This document shows positions 12,230 to 36,246 of a stretch of 64,000 nt of DNA, piece by piece. The position numbers and the translations under genes were made by a program. Numbering within the stretch: position 1 is the stretch's first letter; each line of letters begins with the position of its first letter. The stretch lies in NCBI GenBank assembly GCA_030141605.1, contig JAQGDQ010000105.1:62001-126000 (forward strand), written 5' to 3'. Source of the stretch: Tubiluchus corallicola. Lineage: Eukaryota; Animalia; Priapulida. A model generated the notes under the pieces. It ran no database searches, was not told where the DNA came from, and saw only the letters and a program-made list of their open reading frames with translations.

Positions 12230-15200
12230 TCTCTCTCTGTCTTTATGAATTTTATGCAAATCTAATTTCCTCTTTTTATTACTTTATCTCTGGATATATA
12301 CAAATCCAACGCTATGGTTAAAAGGTAGAAAAAGCATTCTGTGTCGGTTTTGTAAAACTATTTGATATTTTCTCACAATTTTGCGCTAAAACAAACAAGT
12401 TCAGCTATCATTACCAATGAAATAGAGCGAGCAATTTGATGCAGGTCGGTTACCACAGGTGTGAAGCACGTTTGACAGTCGGAAAACATGACACGGAATG
12501 TACCGCAGCATTGTCACGTTATCTTGATTCTTTAACAGTTAATAACAATTATTAAATTATGTAGTGTTGAGAGACCATGGTAGCGCTTTATCGAGCACGT
12601 TTTTTAGATCAAAACATAACAGTATGACACATTTCGCTATCTAGCATTTAGTCAGTCGTTAAATTTATCACGCTGAGTTTACTGTAATCGGCACACATTA
12701 CCTAAACTGTTTGGGATTCGCCAGTTAAAATCAATTTTTGAGGTGTTAGCGGAATTCTCGTGCAGGAAAGAATGTAACATACTGGAACGTGCCTCTCCAA
12801 ACTGCAAAATTAATGTTATTTGTAACAGATAATGTTTTTGTTCTGTTTTGGTTTTGTTTTGCTTGATTTTTAATCTTGTTATTTTCATCTTTGTGTGCAT
12901 ACATTCTGTACATGTTTTATTATTTTCAGTTATTATTTGCCCGAACAAGCAACACAGCAGTGTATATAAGGTATTAATTTTAACCCTCTAGGTTAGACTC
13001 CTACTAAAAGGCTATAATAGGCAGTCTGACAGTCCCGTAAGTTTAATGGATGATTTTGCTGTACAAACTAGCAAATCCTGCTCCCCTTATCGGTGTCTTT
13101 TATCCAGTGTTTTCCCGAAGTCGACCAAGAATGGCAACGAACCCAAGTCGTGCAGCCTATCGTTTAAAGTAATATAGCAGTACGTCCGGTACATTGGCCT
13201 TGAAAAATAAATAATCTATCCGCAGTCAGGTGATTAATACAATTTACGTAATTATTTGGAAGTAATAGTGCTCAAGTTCACTGGAACACCAATTGTGTAT
13301 CAAAAATTTTGACGTACAAACTGACGTATGTTATTCTAAGCATCTTAGTTCAGTCGCAAAGCTCTAGTTCTTTTCGAATGACGAGCAAAAAATTTAGTGC
13401 TTTGGGCACAGGGTGTAGTCATTCATCACGTAAAACTGGTCTCTATCCAGCTTTTCAAGGTTTGTGGGTTCAAAAATTACATTTTGTACACATTAGACCT
13501 GCTGTAACATTACGATCGATTTGTATCAAAATCATAACATGATAGAGTGAGACCACAATAACGCAAGCAGTAACTCTGTGTTAGTGATGATACTATAATA
13601 ATATAAACTAATTTATAAAAAATAATAATTCACAGTTGTAAGAGATATAAGAATTCTCTTATTCAAGGGTAAGTCACAGCTTTGTTTGACTGTTCGGATG
13701 GGAGTAATTTAGTTTCCTCCTTGCAGAATGTTAGGCAAACATTCGAGCATCTTCCAGCTCATGAGGATGACTTCAAATTCAAAATGTGTTATACCTCTGT
13801 GCTGTAATGGTTAGCATTGTTGCCCAGAAGGCCTTGGATTCGAGTCCCAGTAGGGTGCAAAAATTGTCGTACTTTCTAATTTAGTACTGTTTTCGTTTTT
13901 ACAGGATTTAATTTAGAATGTCTGGCTCAGTCTCGTACAGCTTTTTGTATAGAACGTTTCTTCAACATACTGGCACAGGAACTTTTGCGTATTTAATTAC
14001 GAAGAAGCCTTAATTGAGGATCAAACTAAAGGTTTATTAATGCAGATATAGTGTTTTATTCAGCAAGTACCTGTCGCAACATATGAGTCTCAGTTATTTT
14101 AGTGTCTTTCCATGTTTCTAATTGCTTAGGTTATACACATTTCGTGTTCACTTTTCATTCTGTACAAGACTTTTGGAACTGATTGAGATATGCGATTCTT
14201 TAACCGATGCATTTATAATTATTTCGGATAAATAATCTGCACGTCTGTCTTCAAACTATGGCTACCTACTAATCATAGATCAGAGCCGATTTCAGGAAGT
14301 CTCTAAAGTCTCTAACTTAATAATTATATCTCATTAATTTACATTACCTATCCTATCAAAGAAATTCCACGCCGTGATAATACCATTTGCAAAAGCAATA
14401 ACCTGATAGTTAATTCCTGCATAGTTACTATGTAGTAGAAGTCTATAACAACCTATCCTATCAAAGAAATTCCACGCCGTGATAATACCATTTGCAAAAG
14501 CAATAACCTGATAATTAATTCCTGCATAGTTACTATGTAGTAGAAGTCTATAACAACCATAGTTAAGTTCATTCTAGGTTCGCACATGATGTTTTTGCTT
14601 TGTAATGAATTTACTCATTTACCATCGCGTTTCCTACGTTTTTGAAATTTTTCTTTGCAAAACCATGTTAACGTCCTCAACCGTGGTTTGGACAAGGTTG
14701 CTTATTTCACGCCTTACATTAACTAATTATCAAAGCACGCCGAAGTTAACTGTTAATGCATTCAAGTGAGCTATATCACAGAAAATCGTAATCAAATTAA
14801 AGGTTACGGTTGTATGTGCTGTAGGCGGGACGAGATAAAATATCTATTAAGGGCAATAAAAAGCCCAACAGCTGCTGAAAACTAATAATCTTGACCGACG
14901 GCATTCCTTATTTCCTTGTCAACGAGAAAAACCATACATGTTGCTTGACGACCTTGATCTTTTCACTCTTCTCATCTTTTGCCGCACGCCCGTTTTAGTA
15001 ACCCATTTTTAGAACTTCAGTATTTTGTCAGTACCAACTCGCACACTTTTGTTTCCACCGTATCAACAGAGCGGATAAAAAACGTTTTGTGCCGTGTTGC
15101 TAGTACGATCTTCAATAAACTTTTTCTTCGTAAATTGTGATTTCTCGTTACTTGCGTTTGCATTCTATTACTCCCTGTTTGTATTGTTTATATATTTTGT

Positions 15201-18200
15201 ACTTTTAAACATTTAATTCGTGATTTTGATGAAGCAGCGCCATTACGATTGCTAGTTCGATGTCTTATTTTTAGTACCAGCCATTTTATAACTTTATGCA
15301 CGACTTTATGCTGTAAATTTGCTAGCAATAAACCATAACTCAACTATAACGTAAAATGTTGGTATTTTTTGCATCCGTAAGAGAAATTGCATTGTTTCTA
15401 ATTAACTTATTGTCAAAACAGCAGCCTTTATTCGGTATTTAAAATCATGCCAATTACTAACAGATTTGACTGTGATGAGCCATTGTTAGTATAGTTGTTC
15501 TTGTCGTTGTTGTTGCCGTTGCCGTCGTTCTCGTTGACGATGTTGTCATTGCTTATGCCACTCTTCAGAACACTGCTACCGCTATTGTTGCTACTTTTGT
15601 TACTTCTACCATTGCCACCATCGCTGCACTGCTGATGGTGGTGGGAGGTGAAAATGATGGTGATTTAAAACTCTGGAACTCAAAAACTTTTCTTGGATTC
15701 GGGCTAGATTTAGATTCTCTATAAATCATTAAGCTTTGCACCTTTGTTTTGTGTTTCACTGATTTCTGTTAGTGCAAAATCAAAAGCTGCTCAAGTTTTT
15801 TAGCCGCAGGGCGTAGTTTGTGCATTGAATGTAAAAATGCTTGCAATTTCAGTGTCTTTGCCCCTAAGGCACAGTTAAGTAACAACCGCAATTTAATTAA
15901 TATCATAAGCTTACTTGATTATAAAAGTATTTGTTTAAATTTAAATTCTAACGGATGTCTTTGATTTGAAAAAGGCACTAAATTTGGTTTCATTAATAAA
16001 AACAAATTAAAGGCCATTGAAAAGTTTTCCTGACTGTAGTAATTTCTGCTTGATTTTTCAATTTGTTTGTTTTTTAATTATATGTCCTTAGCTAATGCAG
16101 TTGGTTAGCACTAGTAAACATTTTGAGGACATAAATGGCTTGTAATTTGCACGAAGTCTGCATAATTCTTCTAATTTTAGTTAAGTATAAGTATAAGTAT
16201 AAGTATAAGTATAAGTATAAGTATAAGTATAAGTATAAGTATAAGTATAAGTATAAGTATAAGTATAAGTATAAGTATGTATAAGCATAAGTATAAGTAT
16301 AAGTATAAGTGTAAGTATGTATAAGTATAAGTATAAGTATAAGTATAAGTATGTATAAGTATAAGTATAAGTATAAGTATAAGTAAGTATAAGCATAAGT
16401 ATAAGTATAAGTATAAGTATAAGTATAAGTATAAGTATAAGTATAAGTATAAGTATAAGTATAAGTATAAGTATAAGTAAAGTATAAGTATAAGTACAAA
16501 TTTCTTATTTTTTCAGTTGCTGAAGTTGTGCTTACTGATGTTAATGTTCACTCTGAGTGGTTTGTCCAGTGTCAGTGGTGCTACAGAACAATGTGATGGT
16601 GGTGGAACGGTTACCGAACCCGCCTGTTATTGTAGTGCAGATGATTTGAGGTGCGACGCTGACTTGGCTTCGCCTCAGAGCAGCAGTACGGGCTTCAGCC
16701 AAACAGATCGTGATGTTTTCATTCAGTACGGTAACTATAGAACTCTTCCCAATATACCAACAAGAACCACCGGGCGATTAGACCTTCCCGGTAACAAAAT
16801 AGAAAACATCCCATCTGGTGCCATCCCAAGCGGTGTGAAAGAAGTGGGACTGCAAGATAATCGGTTACAAGATTTTCCCACAGATGGCGTGTCGGAACTA
16901 AATGACCTAGTTTCACTAGATCTTAACAGAAATGATATAAGAACACTGGATGCTGATACTGTAGTGGGACTGGCATCACTCACAGCATTAAATATTCGCA
17001 AAAATGGACTAGTTCAGATAGATGATGAAGCTTTCCGCCAATTCAATGGTAACTTGACAGAGCTAGATCTAAGAGGCAATAAGCTCACTGAGTTAGGGCA
17101 GTCGCTTCAGTACTTTCCCAACTTGAAAATTCTGAAACTTGACGATAATCAAGTGCGAAACATAAAAGATGATCTTGGACTACTTAATGTGGTAAAACTG
17201 AATTCGTTCAGTGCTGAGTACAACCGAATCACCGAGATCGAAAAAGAAACGTTTTGGAGAATGGCCGATAGTTTGAAATACCTTAGCCTTGCAAATAATC
17301 TGATGGCTGACGTTCCCTACATGGGTATCAGATTTCTGCGTTCTTTGGAATCACTGAATCTGGCCTCAAACAAAATAAGTCGTTTAAACAGCACAAGACC
17401 CTTTAAATACGAAAAATTGCGTAAGCTTTACCTCAAAGGAAACCAAATCGCTGACATTCAACCAATTTTCTTTTTTTGGGTTTCTAATTCTCTGGATTTG
17501 TTGGATCTATCTCGCAACAAAATTTCTAAAATTGATGATGAAACATTTGGCTACTTGCCACAACTTGGCTACCTAGACTTGAGCCATAATGAAATTAATC
17601 GTATCCAAGTAGGTTACTTTTCTTTCTTGCAGCGCCTTCGCACACTGAACTTGTCATTTAATCGAATAAAATTTGTCCCTGAAGATGTATTTATTGGACT
17701 AATTAGTGTGGAGAATATCGATTTGTCTCATAACAATGTTTGGGATATTCCAACTCTGGTTTTTCGTGCAGTGAATCCCACCATTCGAAAGATTAGCGTG
17801 AATAATAATTTTATTTCTGAGATTCCACCTTTTGCTTTCTCCTGTTTGAGACTTGTCCGCTTAGAAGCTCAGTGTAATACCATAAAATCGATAGATTTTA
17901 CTACGTTTGCAAACTCAAAACACCTCGCTTACATTGATTTCTCACACAACGAGATTGAAGATTTGCCTAATCAACTGTTTGATGCCACAGGAAACGTCCA
18001 GGAGGTGAAATTTAGCTACAACAAATTGAGAGACATACGCCCATCATCCGTGCAAAATATGGGGATCATGCTGAACAACACTGGTCTCCACCTTTACCTG
18101 GATCACAATAGCTTCACAAAGGTTCCAGCTGAGGGACTTCAATCAATTAAAAAACTCGAAGTGATTGACATGTCGAGCAATCAGATCACAGAGGTTCTAA

Positions 18201-21200
18201 GGAACGATTTTACTGGCAACACCAACCTACGTTCAATTAACCTGGCTAACAATGACATCAGTGTTCTTGAAGATGGTGCTTTTAGTGGTCTAACACTAGA
18301 TATACTAGATTTATCAGGAAATCCAACAATAAAAGATATTTTATCAGCCGAAACGCTTTCGGGATCTATAGTTCACAAACTTGTTCTCAGCGACAATGAA
18401 CTTATATCTCTTCCAGTTTTAGATCTCAGCAGTATGGAGACTAAGTCACTACATTTACCTGGTAACGAGCTGACATCACTTGATGTAGGATTACTGCATG
18501 CTGGTGTAGAAGAACTAAATTTGGCTTATAACCTTTTCCGTGAAATTCCAAATTATCTTTGGCCATCTGTGCCGAATCTCAGGCGTCTCGACCTGTCAGG
18601 TAATCCCGTAACTGAAATTACTCCTAACAGCTTTGTCGGGCTTGACAACCTGGAAGAACTGTTATTAAATGATTTATCTTCACTCGATACATTTCAATCA
18701 AACTCTTTGTCAAATCTGGCAAACTTAAAACGCTTTGAACTTCATGGGTCAATGGGGGAGGGACTTTCAGATGTGGGCAACAGTGGCATTTGTGACCTCG
18801 ACTTTGTTGAACACATAAAAGTGCAGATGACTTCAACCTCGTTTGACGAACTTTGCCCCAGCAGCGAGTTACCAAGACTGACAAGTTTGCACATCAGTGG
18901 ACGAGGAATCCGGTCTGTTTTATACGTGCCCCCTTTTTGGGCAGAAACGGCCCACGAGAAAACCGCTGATGGTCGTGGACAACAAGTAAAGAAGTATGGA
19001 ATAACAGAAACACAGGTACACTAAACTAAATCCAGTTTTAACACTATTTATTTGAGTGATACCCAATTTCTATTTACTGCTTTGTCGTTAGGCTACTTGC
19101 TTCCACCTGCCTCAACATGCCTTCAAACATCTTTACTCGTCTGTAATGTTTTAAACCCATGTATGTTAAAACGTTTTAATACGAATTCACGCGATTTTGA
19201 GGATTTTTATTTTTGTCACATTAAGCTGTGAGAGAACTTGTAAATCTGAGTGTAAGTGTTTTTTGGCGTTTTGAATTAGGTGACACATATGACGAACCGT
19301 GCACAATCGTTTGGTAGCCATGGTAGGCTAAACGTCTTGCGAATTCACCAAATATTTGCCAATGTGCAGTTTATTTTATAACTGCTCTTTGATATTTGAA
19401 ATCAAATATTCTAGATTACTTAATTTGTATCTTTATATTTTTCCTGTATAAGTCCAAAATTTCCTGTCATGCATTCTCACACTGTTTTGCTGTAGGAATT
19501 TCATTTACTAAGAAAACATAAGTTAAATACATAGTAATAGAAACTAATAGTGATGTATCATCATAATGGTAACTACAGACTGAAACCTTAACTTTGTTTT
19601 AGGTGAGCACATTGCCACTAAATTTCTTCGCAGATATCCACGGACCAATCGAAATTGATTTATCAAACAATCAGTTCACCAACATTGATCCTGCTGTGTT
19701 TGACCTGCCCAAAGGAAACATTGTAAAGTTGAACCTAGAAGGAAATCCATGGTTCTGTGACTGCAACATTGTGCCACTTCAGTTGTGGATGATGCAGTGG
19801 CTTGAACGTTCTGGTAATTTTGCAAATTTGCAAATAGTGCTGCGTGGTAAATTTGTTTTGAACGTTAAACGTTTTAAGTGGGTGGTTCTTAAGTTGATAT
19901 TACAAACTCTACGCCGTCGTTCTGAGCACATTGTAAGGCTATAAACATATTAGTGCAAGAATATATCAACAACATTTAATGGAAGACTAGCAACATTAGC
20001 AACAAGGATAATGTCACAGCATTGCAAAACTAATGGCGGGAAAAATACAAGGCAGCATTAATCCTTCTGTGGTAATAAGACAGCACTTTTGGGTTAATAG
20101 TAGTCTCTGTTATGTAGCTGTACATTGTTATTTATAGTCGGCCCTAAAGATCACTACAGATTATTATTAGCACTAGCGTCAACAAACAACTGCAGTTACA
20201 ATAATGACAGAAACAATGGCAACGATAATGGTAAAGCTAAACAATACAATGGCAAGTATAACAACGATGACGAGAAAACGACAGCGACAACAATAGCAGC
20301 AGCAGTAATAATCAGAGTGAACAAAATAGCAAAGCAGCAACATCAACATAAAAGCAGTGTCAACGATGACACTGATGCTAATGACAACAATAACAAGGAT
20401 AACCACAACAAAAACAACAGTAACCGCATCAGCAACATCAGCAGAACGATAATAACTATTATCTGCGACTACGAACTTGAATGAAATAATAATAAGTGTA
20501 TCAGTAAAAACTTCCATACATTAGTTCCATTCAGAGCATACCAAACTTTATGAAGTGCTATGTAAATGTAATATTTCCAATGTTTTACTTTCAGGTGCAA
20601 AAGATAAATGGGAAAACTGCGAGTTGATTAGAAATGATCTATATAAAGCTACCTGCTCGGCTCCAGAACTCTACTCAGGTTTGTCTACAAATCACCATCA
20701 AATTAAAAGTTACTACATTCAGATTTGCAAAAGTAATTAGAACGACAGCATCAGACAATAATCAGAGTAGTTCTTCATGTTCTTACATTTAAGCAGCTAT
20801 CAGTGTTCTAGATGATAGGTTAAAATTACTTTTGTTTGATAACTAAGTGTTATCAAACTAGATACGTCAACTAGCTAAAATGTGTGACGAGCATTAAACA
20901 AAAGAAAATACGTATAGTTTCCCAGGAAAATAGGGTCTGTGCTGACAAGTCGGCAAAAAGAAATGACTTAAAGACGTATCAGTTTATATCAAAACGTGTA
21001 GCATAATTTACGGATTAATTAATTAATTTAGCATGTCTTGAAATTTAAAGGTATTCCATTACTGGAGGCGGATATGACACTGCAAGGGTGTGAGAATGCG
21101 ACCGAACCATTGATCAATCCACCATTTACAACCAAAAAACCAACAACAAAACAACCTCCAGAAACTCCACCTATTTTCGAACTCAGTACCGAAGAGCCGA

Positions 21201-22447
21201 CCACACCAGGTCGTACAACAACACCGGCTGCCACAACGTCTGCTACTACAACAACTCAACCACCTACAACTACCCAATCGCCAATCACCACCCCAACTAC
21301 CACACAACAGCCAACAACTGCACAATTTACCACCCAGCCTCCAACTACCACGCAACCACCAACCACTACCTCCACTACCACACAAGCACCAACAACCACA
21401 CCTTCCACCACCCAGCCATCAACTACCACACAACAGCCAACCACTACCCCCACTACCACACAAGCACCAACAACCATGCCTTCTACCATCCAGCCTCCAA
21501 CTACCACACCACCAGACACTACCTCCACTACCACACAAGCACCAACAACCATGCCTTCCACCACCCAGCCTTCAACTACCACACAACAGCCAACCACTAC
21601 CCGCACTACCACACAAGCACCAACAACCACACCTTCCACACAGACACCAACTGAAGTTTTACCAGTCTTGCCAACTCGTCCTACAGCCACAATAAGTATT
21701 CCAACATCACCGCCAACAACATCATCACCAACAGTAACAGCTCAAGAAATTCGTTTGAAAACAACTACAGAACCGCCTCAAACTTCCCCCGACCCCGACA
21801 CCACAACTGTCAGATTGCAAACACCTACACCTACACCAACAACAAAAGCACCAGAAACTACTACTAAGCCAAGTTCAACGACAACAGAGGGACCAACAAC
21901 AAGTCAGACAGCGCCGACCACTATACGAGAAACTACAAGAAGAACACCACTCACAACTATTGGGACAACAACTCAGCCTATCGTATCATCGACATATGCG
22001 CCAAAAATATGGCCGTCAGTTGAGATACCAGATTTTGATGGTAACATCCAAGTTTACACAATGGACTGTCAACAAACTTATATAACAGTTGGTTGGTATG
22101 TAAAACCTGGTATAAAGGAATCCATTACTGGATTCCGCGTTTACGAGCAAGAAGGCGACCTTGACTTCGTTGAAGGAATGGAACTAAATAGTATGCAAAG
22201 ATACCAAGTAGTGGACCATTTGAAACCTGGTACAAATTACACTATATGTGTAGGGATTGTGCAAGGTGAAACCATTGTCGGACCACTTGAGCTAAGTGAA
22301 AACACGTCATGCGTTAAAGTCATGACGGTACCAAAAGACTTCAAAGTTTTTAAAATTGCGTTTTCGTCTGCGGCATTGGCGGGTGGAGCTTGCGTTCTAT
22401 ATGCTTTTACTAAAAACGAAGTAGCAAACATTTTGATGGCTCAATAA
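6401..22447 (+). CDS. Multi-exon gene for a ~1413-aa leucine-rich-repeat cell-surface protein (signal peptide, LRRNT, roughly 25-30 LRRs, LRRCT, Thr/Pro mucin stalk, fibronectin type III domain, C-terminal hydrophobic anchor); chaoptin/vasorin-like architecture
   Basis: Exons: 6401-6418 (putative, ATG AAT CTG AGC ACA AAG|gtaaga = MNLSTK, phase 0), 16517-19015 (ttttcag|TTG...CAG|gtacac), 19603-19846 (ttttag|GTG...CGT G|gtaaat), 20595-20678 (ttcag|GT...TCA G|gtttgt), 21051-22447 (taaag|GT...TAA). Phases join in frame. Repeated LxxLxLxxNxI motifs, LRRCT NPWFCDC...CSAPELYSG...C, FN3 motifs ITVGW, ITGFRV, LKPGTNYTICV. The first coding exon is least certain; ATG at 16538 is the alternative start. 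Confidence 0.9.
8320..8470. repeat. Compound trinucleotide repeat (CAT/TAC/TTC)
   Basis: Directly visible; accounts for the poly-L/H/F ORF. Confidence 0.9.
8620..9110. repeat. Diverged tandem repeat, 188-bp unit x2 plus a third shorter copy
   Basis: TATGACTGCAG at 8622 and 8810; TATTTTCTGAC, CATTCAA..TTGCGAT.TACCAA and AAAACAAGAT each recur three times. Confidence 0.9.
11915..12240. repeat. Purine-rich (GA) tract followed by a (CT)n microsatellite
   Basis: GA-rich at ~11915-12105; (CT)n at ~12175-12240. Confidence 0.85.
13791..13860 (+). pseudogene. tRNA-derived pseudogene / SINE head
   Basis: A-box-like TGTAATGGTTAG, B-box-like GGATTCGAGTCC, 3' acceptor-like AGGGTGCA; anticodon loop deleted (TTGTTGCC-CAGAAGG), so not a functional tRNA. 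Confidence 0.6.
14346..14558. repeat. Direct tandem duplication, 105-bp unit x2
   Basis: ACCTATCCTATCAAAGAAATTCC...GTCTATAACA at 14346 and 14451; one mismatch seen (GATAGTTAA / GATAATTAA). Confidence 0.95.
16182..16496. repeat. (GTATAA)n hexanucleotide microsatellite
   Basis: Directly visible; accounts for the spurious YTYT/YLYL ORFs. Confidence 0.98.
16517..19015 (+). CDS. 2.5-kb single exon carrying most of the LRR ectodomain of the LRR/mucin/FN3 gene
   Basis: 835-aa ORF in track; acceptor tttcttattttttcag ends at 16516, donor CAG|GTACAC at 19015/19016; hydrophobic signal region LLKLCLLMLMFTLSGLSSVSGA, Cys-rich LRRNT (CYCSADDLRC), tandem LRRs. Confidence 0.95.
21230..21650 (+). repeat. 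Coding minisatellite encoding the Thr/Pro/Gln stalk (TTTQxP units, 153-bp higher-order repeat)
   Basis: CACTACCTCCACTACCACACAAGCACCAACAACC at 21364 and 21517. Confidence 0.85.
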
Positions 22448-23854
22448 TAATATTAATAATGCGTGCTGAGTTTCAAAATTATAACGGTGCACATTGTGAT
22501 AATTGTTGCTTGAATTTTTGTATATAATTTGCTGTATGTATTTAATTAGAGCAGGCGTGTTTTGTTTCTTTTTTGTTTTTGAATTTATATCGTAGAAGAG
22601 GCTGGTGTCCTCTAGTGACGAAAATTGCAGTTTTTTAATTGATAGCGAGTTAACTTTGTAATTTTCGATTTGAAGATTGGAGATTTCAGTTTGAAGACTG
22701 TCAGCAGTGCTGGCCAATGTAAGTGTTTATTTTTCATAATATAAGCACAATCCGCTAATGAAAGTGTAAAAACCAGATACATCTACAATTTCTACCAGTG
22801 TTTGTATTACAGTTAGAAAGAATTTTTAGCGATGGTCGTTTTTCTTACAACTTAGTTTCTAAAGAACACCGAGTAAAACTGACTACTTTTCATTGCAATG
22901 ACTGAAATCACCATTAAGTTTTTCTAGACTGGCCTTGATTTTGTAATAAAATAAAAATAATTCTCAACAATTTGTAATGATTATGTACATTAAAATAATA
23001 ATGTAATAATTTTTGCATTATTACATTATTATAATAATTATAATTATTATAATTATATAATTATTATTATAATTACAGTAATAATTAAGTGGCGACAGCT
23101 AGGTGTAATAGGCGGAAACATTTTCGTTTGCAAGCATTGCATTACCACGTCATTGTGATTTATTAAATAAAGGCAATAATTATTGCTTAATTTAAATTTT
23201 TTGCTCTCTTGTACGAAATGAGTTGACCAAACGTTATAATATAAGGTTATATTATTTGTTAACATTTATTTGTAGTTTTATTTTTACGGTTTTCTGTTCA
23301 TTTTGCATTCTCAGAATGTGTTTGTTGTTAAAACAGCTAATTAACTTTCAATTAGTATTGGTTCACGAATAATGATGGCGAAGGTAGTGACAAAGGTTTA
23401 AGAATAGCAACCATATCTGTAATTACATAAATTTTCATTACCGGCGATTTCTGATTGAGTTACATGAGCAGGTTATTCATCTTACACACCATGCGCTTGT
23501 CCAAAAATGTGTTTGAGCTTCACACAGCAAAGTCTATAAAATACACTTTTTTGCATAACTATTATGAATATGCCGCAAAATGCTGCTTAAAATAGCCCAA
23601 TGTTTTCTTACATTTGACTATAAACAAAAATTTAGTTATGCGGACTCCCTACATGCGCTGACCTAGGGCCTACATTAATAACAAGATTGATTTAGTCTTA
23701 GACTTTGATACTAGTTTTAGTATCAATAGATAGGTATACAGTTTGATGATTGCCAAGATGACAACTGGTTACTACCACTACCGTAAAGCTTCCTTCGTAG
23801 TTTTATAAATTGTGGTGCACACGTAATTGGTGGTAATAATACTGTAATTATCCT

Positions 23855-34368
<10,514 letters not shown>

Positions 34369-36013
34369 TTATCTTCCCACATTAGTGGTTTTAATTATTC
34401 ACAGCGCCAGTAATTTTCTGAAATTTTCATTATTGTCTGAAACTGTTTGCTTTCTTAACCAGTTGCATTTGTATGATAAAATAAACATCGTGTGCTTTCA
34501 TTATATACATGTAGTAATACGCAGAGTGCTTGGCTTTTGTTAGATAGGTAATGTAACTGTTACTTACAGTTGTATAGCTTTCGTTCCATGCTTTAACTTA
34601 AAAAGCAGTGAGAGTAACTTTTGTTACTCAGAAAGCATTTAGCCTTTGTTAGACATGCACGGTGGTTAGTTATATAGCTTCCACTCTACTTTTTTATTTA
34701 TAAAATTTCATCAGTGATGAAATTGATGACGTATAAAAATTCAGTTACACATGCTTTCACGTGTCATCTGTTTCGCTTTAAATTAAACCTAAAAATTAAT
34801 GAGTAAGTAGCCAAGAATCCGTTCGTTACTCTGTTAATCATTTTGACTTTCTAATTAAAAACAGTAACAACAAAATTATAACGTAGATACAAAAAACAAA
34901 ACTGTAACATAGAAATAAATAACACGATTATTTCATGTTATTACAAACAAACAATGCACAAACTGTTAGGAATCAATGACTCGAGGTCCTGAGAGCATCT
35001 TCCTCAGCGTCTTCTATAGGTTGCTCTTTGGGTAAGTTATAATCTGCATACCTTGTGCAAACTACAAGCGGCTTATTGCTTTACACTGAAGAAATTTTTT
35101 ATTTGTCAATATGATGCTTCTGCTGTATCTATATGCTGTAGTAATTCTGTACCTTATTTTAAAGTGACGTTAAAAGTGAGTACACAGTCTTAGGCAACAT
35201 ATTCTCAATTTTGCACTTTTGTGGAATTTAAATCGTAACTGACTGAGAAAATAAATAAACAAATAAAAGATTTATTATTGCAGGACACCAGGAATGCCAC
35301 CAATTACCAATTACCACCATCATTTACCTAAGACTGTCATCACCAATTGCCGCGATAGTGGTGATTAAAGATTATAGCTAAAATAGCTTGGTCGCAGTCT
35401 TATAAAATTTGCCACCTCATAACCAACAAAGCTGGCGCAAGGCGTAATCATGGTACGATCCGGAACGAAAATTATGTAACTAAAAGTAAAACATGTTAAT
35501 CAATCAAAAACGTTGTGTGAGCTTTCTCCGTTGTTATTAATGACACCTACAGCTTTCTTGAATAATTTTGCTAATAATCGCATGCATTTCATAATAGATG
35601 AACCGATAAAGCAACAGCTAATGAAACAGGTTTTACGATTCTGTGACAGTTTGTGCCAGGCTCGTTTTTACGATGAGCCCACAATATGAAAATGTTATTA
35701 AAAATTAACATAATTATAGGATTTGAAAGTTATTGTGAAAGAAATGAGGTAAACCATTTTTTAATTTATATTAATACGAAGGAAGACTTTGTTCCTTTTA
35801 AAAGCAGATCATATTTTTATACTTGCAGGATTAAGACAGTTCTTGTAGTGTTTTTCATGCGTTTTTGGTACGTAGTTAGCAGCCAAATTTTATAAAGGTG
35901 GAAACACTACACACAAAAAACGAATAACATTTACATGCCTTAGAGTAATAATTCAAGACCTAGACGGAAACAACTGCCTATAATCCTGAGATTATAGGAT
36001 ATATATAAATATA

Positions 36014-36246
<233 letters not shown>

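Noticed and set aside
13791-13860. Functional tRNA gene
   Set aside because: Anticodon loop missing and acceptor stem poorly paired.
8620-14558. CRISPR-like arrays at the two tandem repeats
   Set aside because: Contiguous duplications without unique spacers, in a eukaryotic context with no cas genes.
16092-16499. Tyr/Thr/Leu-rich ORFs, and similar poly-residue ORFs at 8235, 31364, 35940, 37252, 49404 and 53548
   Set aside because: Translations of microsatellites.
20125-20517. Asn-rich 119-aa ORF in an LRR-gene intron
   Set aside because: Degenerate AAC/GAC trinucleotide tract; the flanking exons already join in frame across the LRRCT.
21028-21690. Val/Gly-rich minus-strand ORFs
   Set aside because: Antisense shadows of the Thr/Pro-coding repeat.
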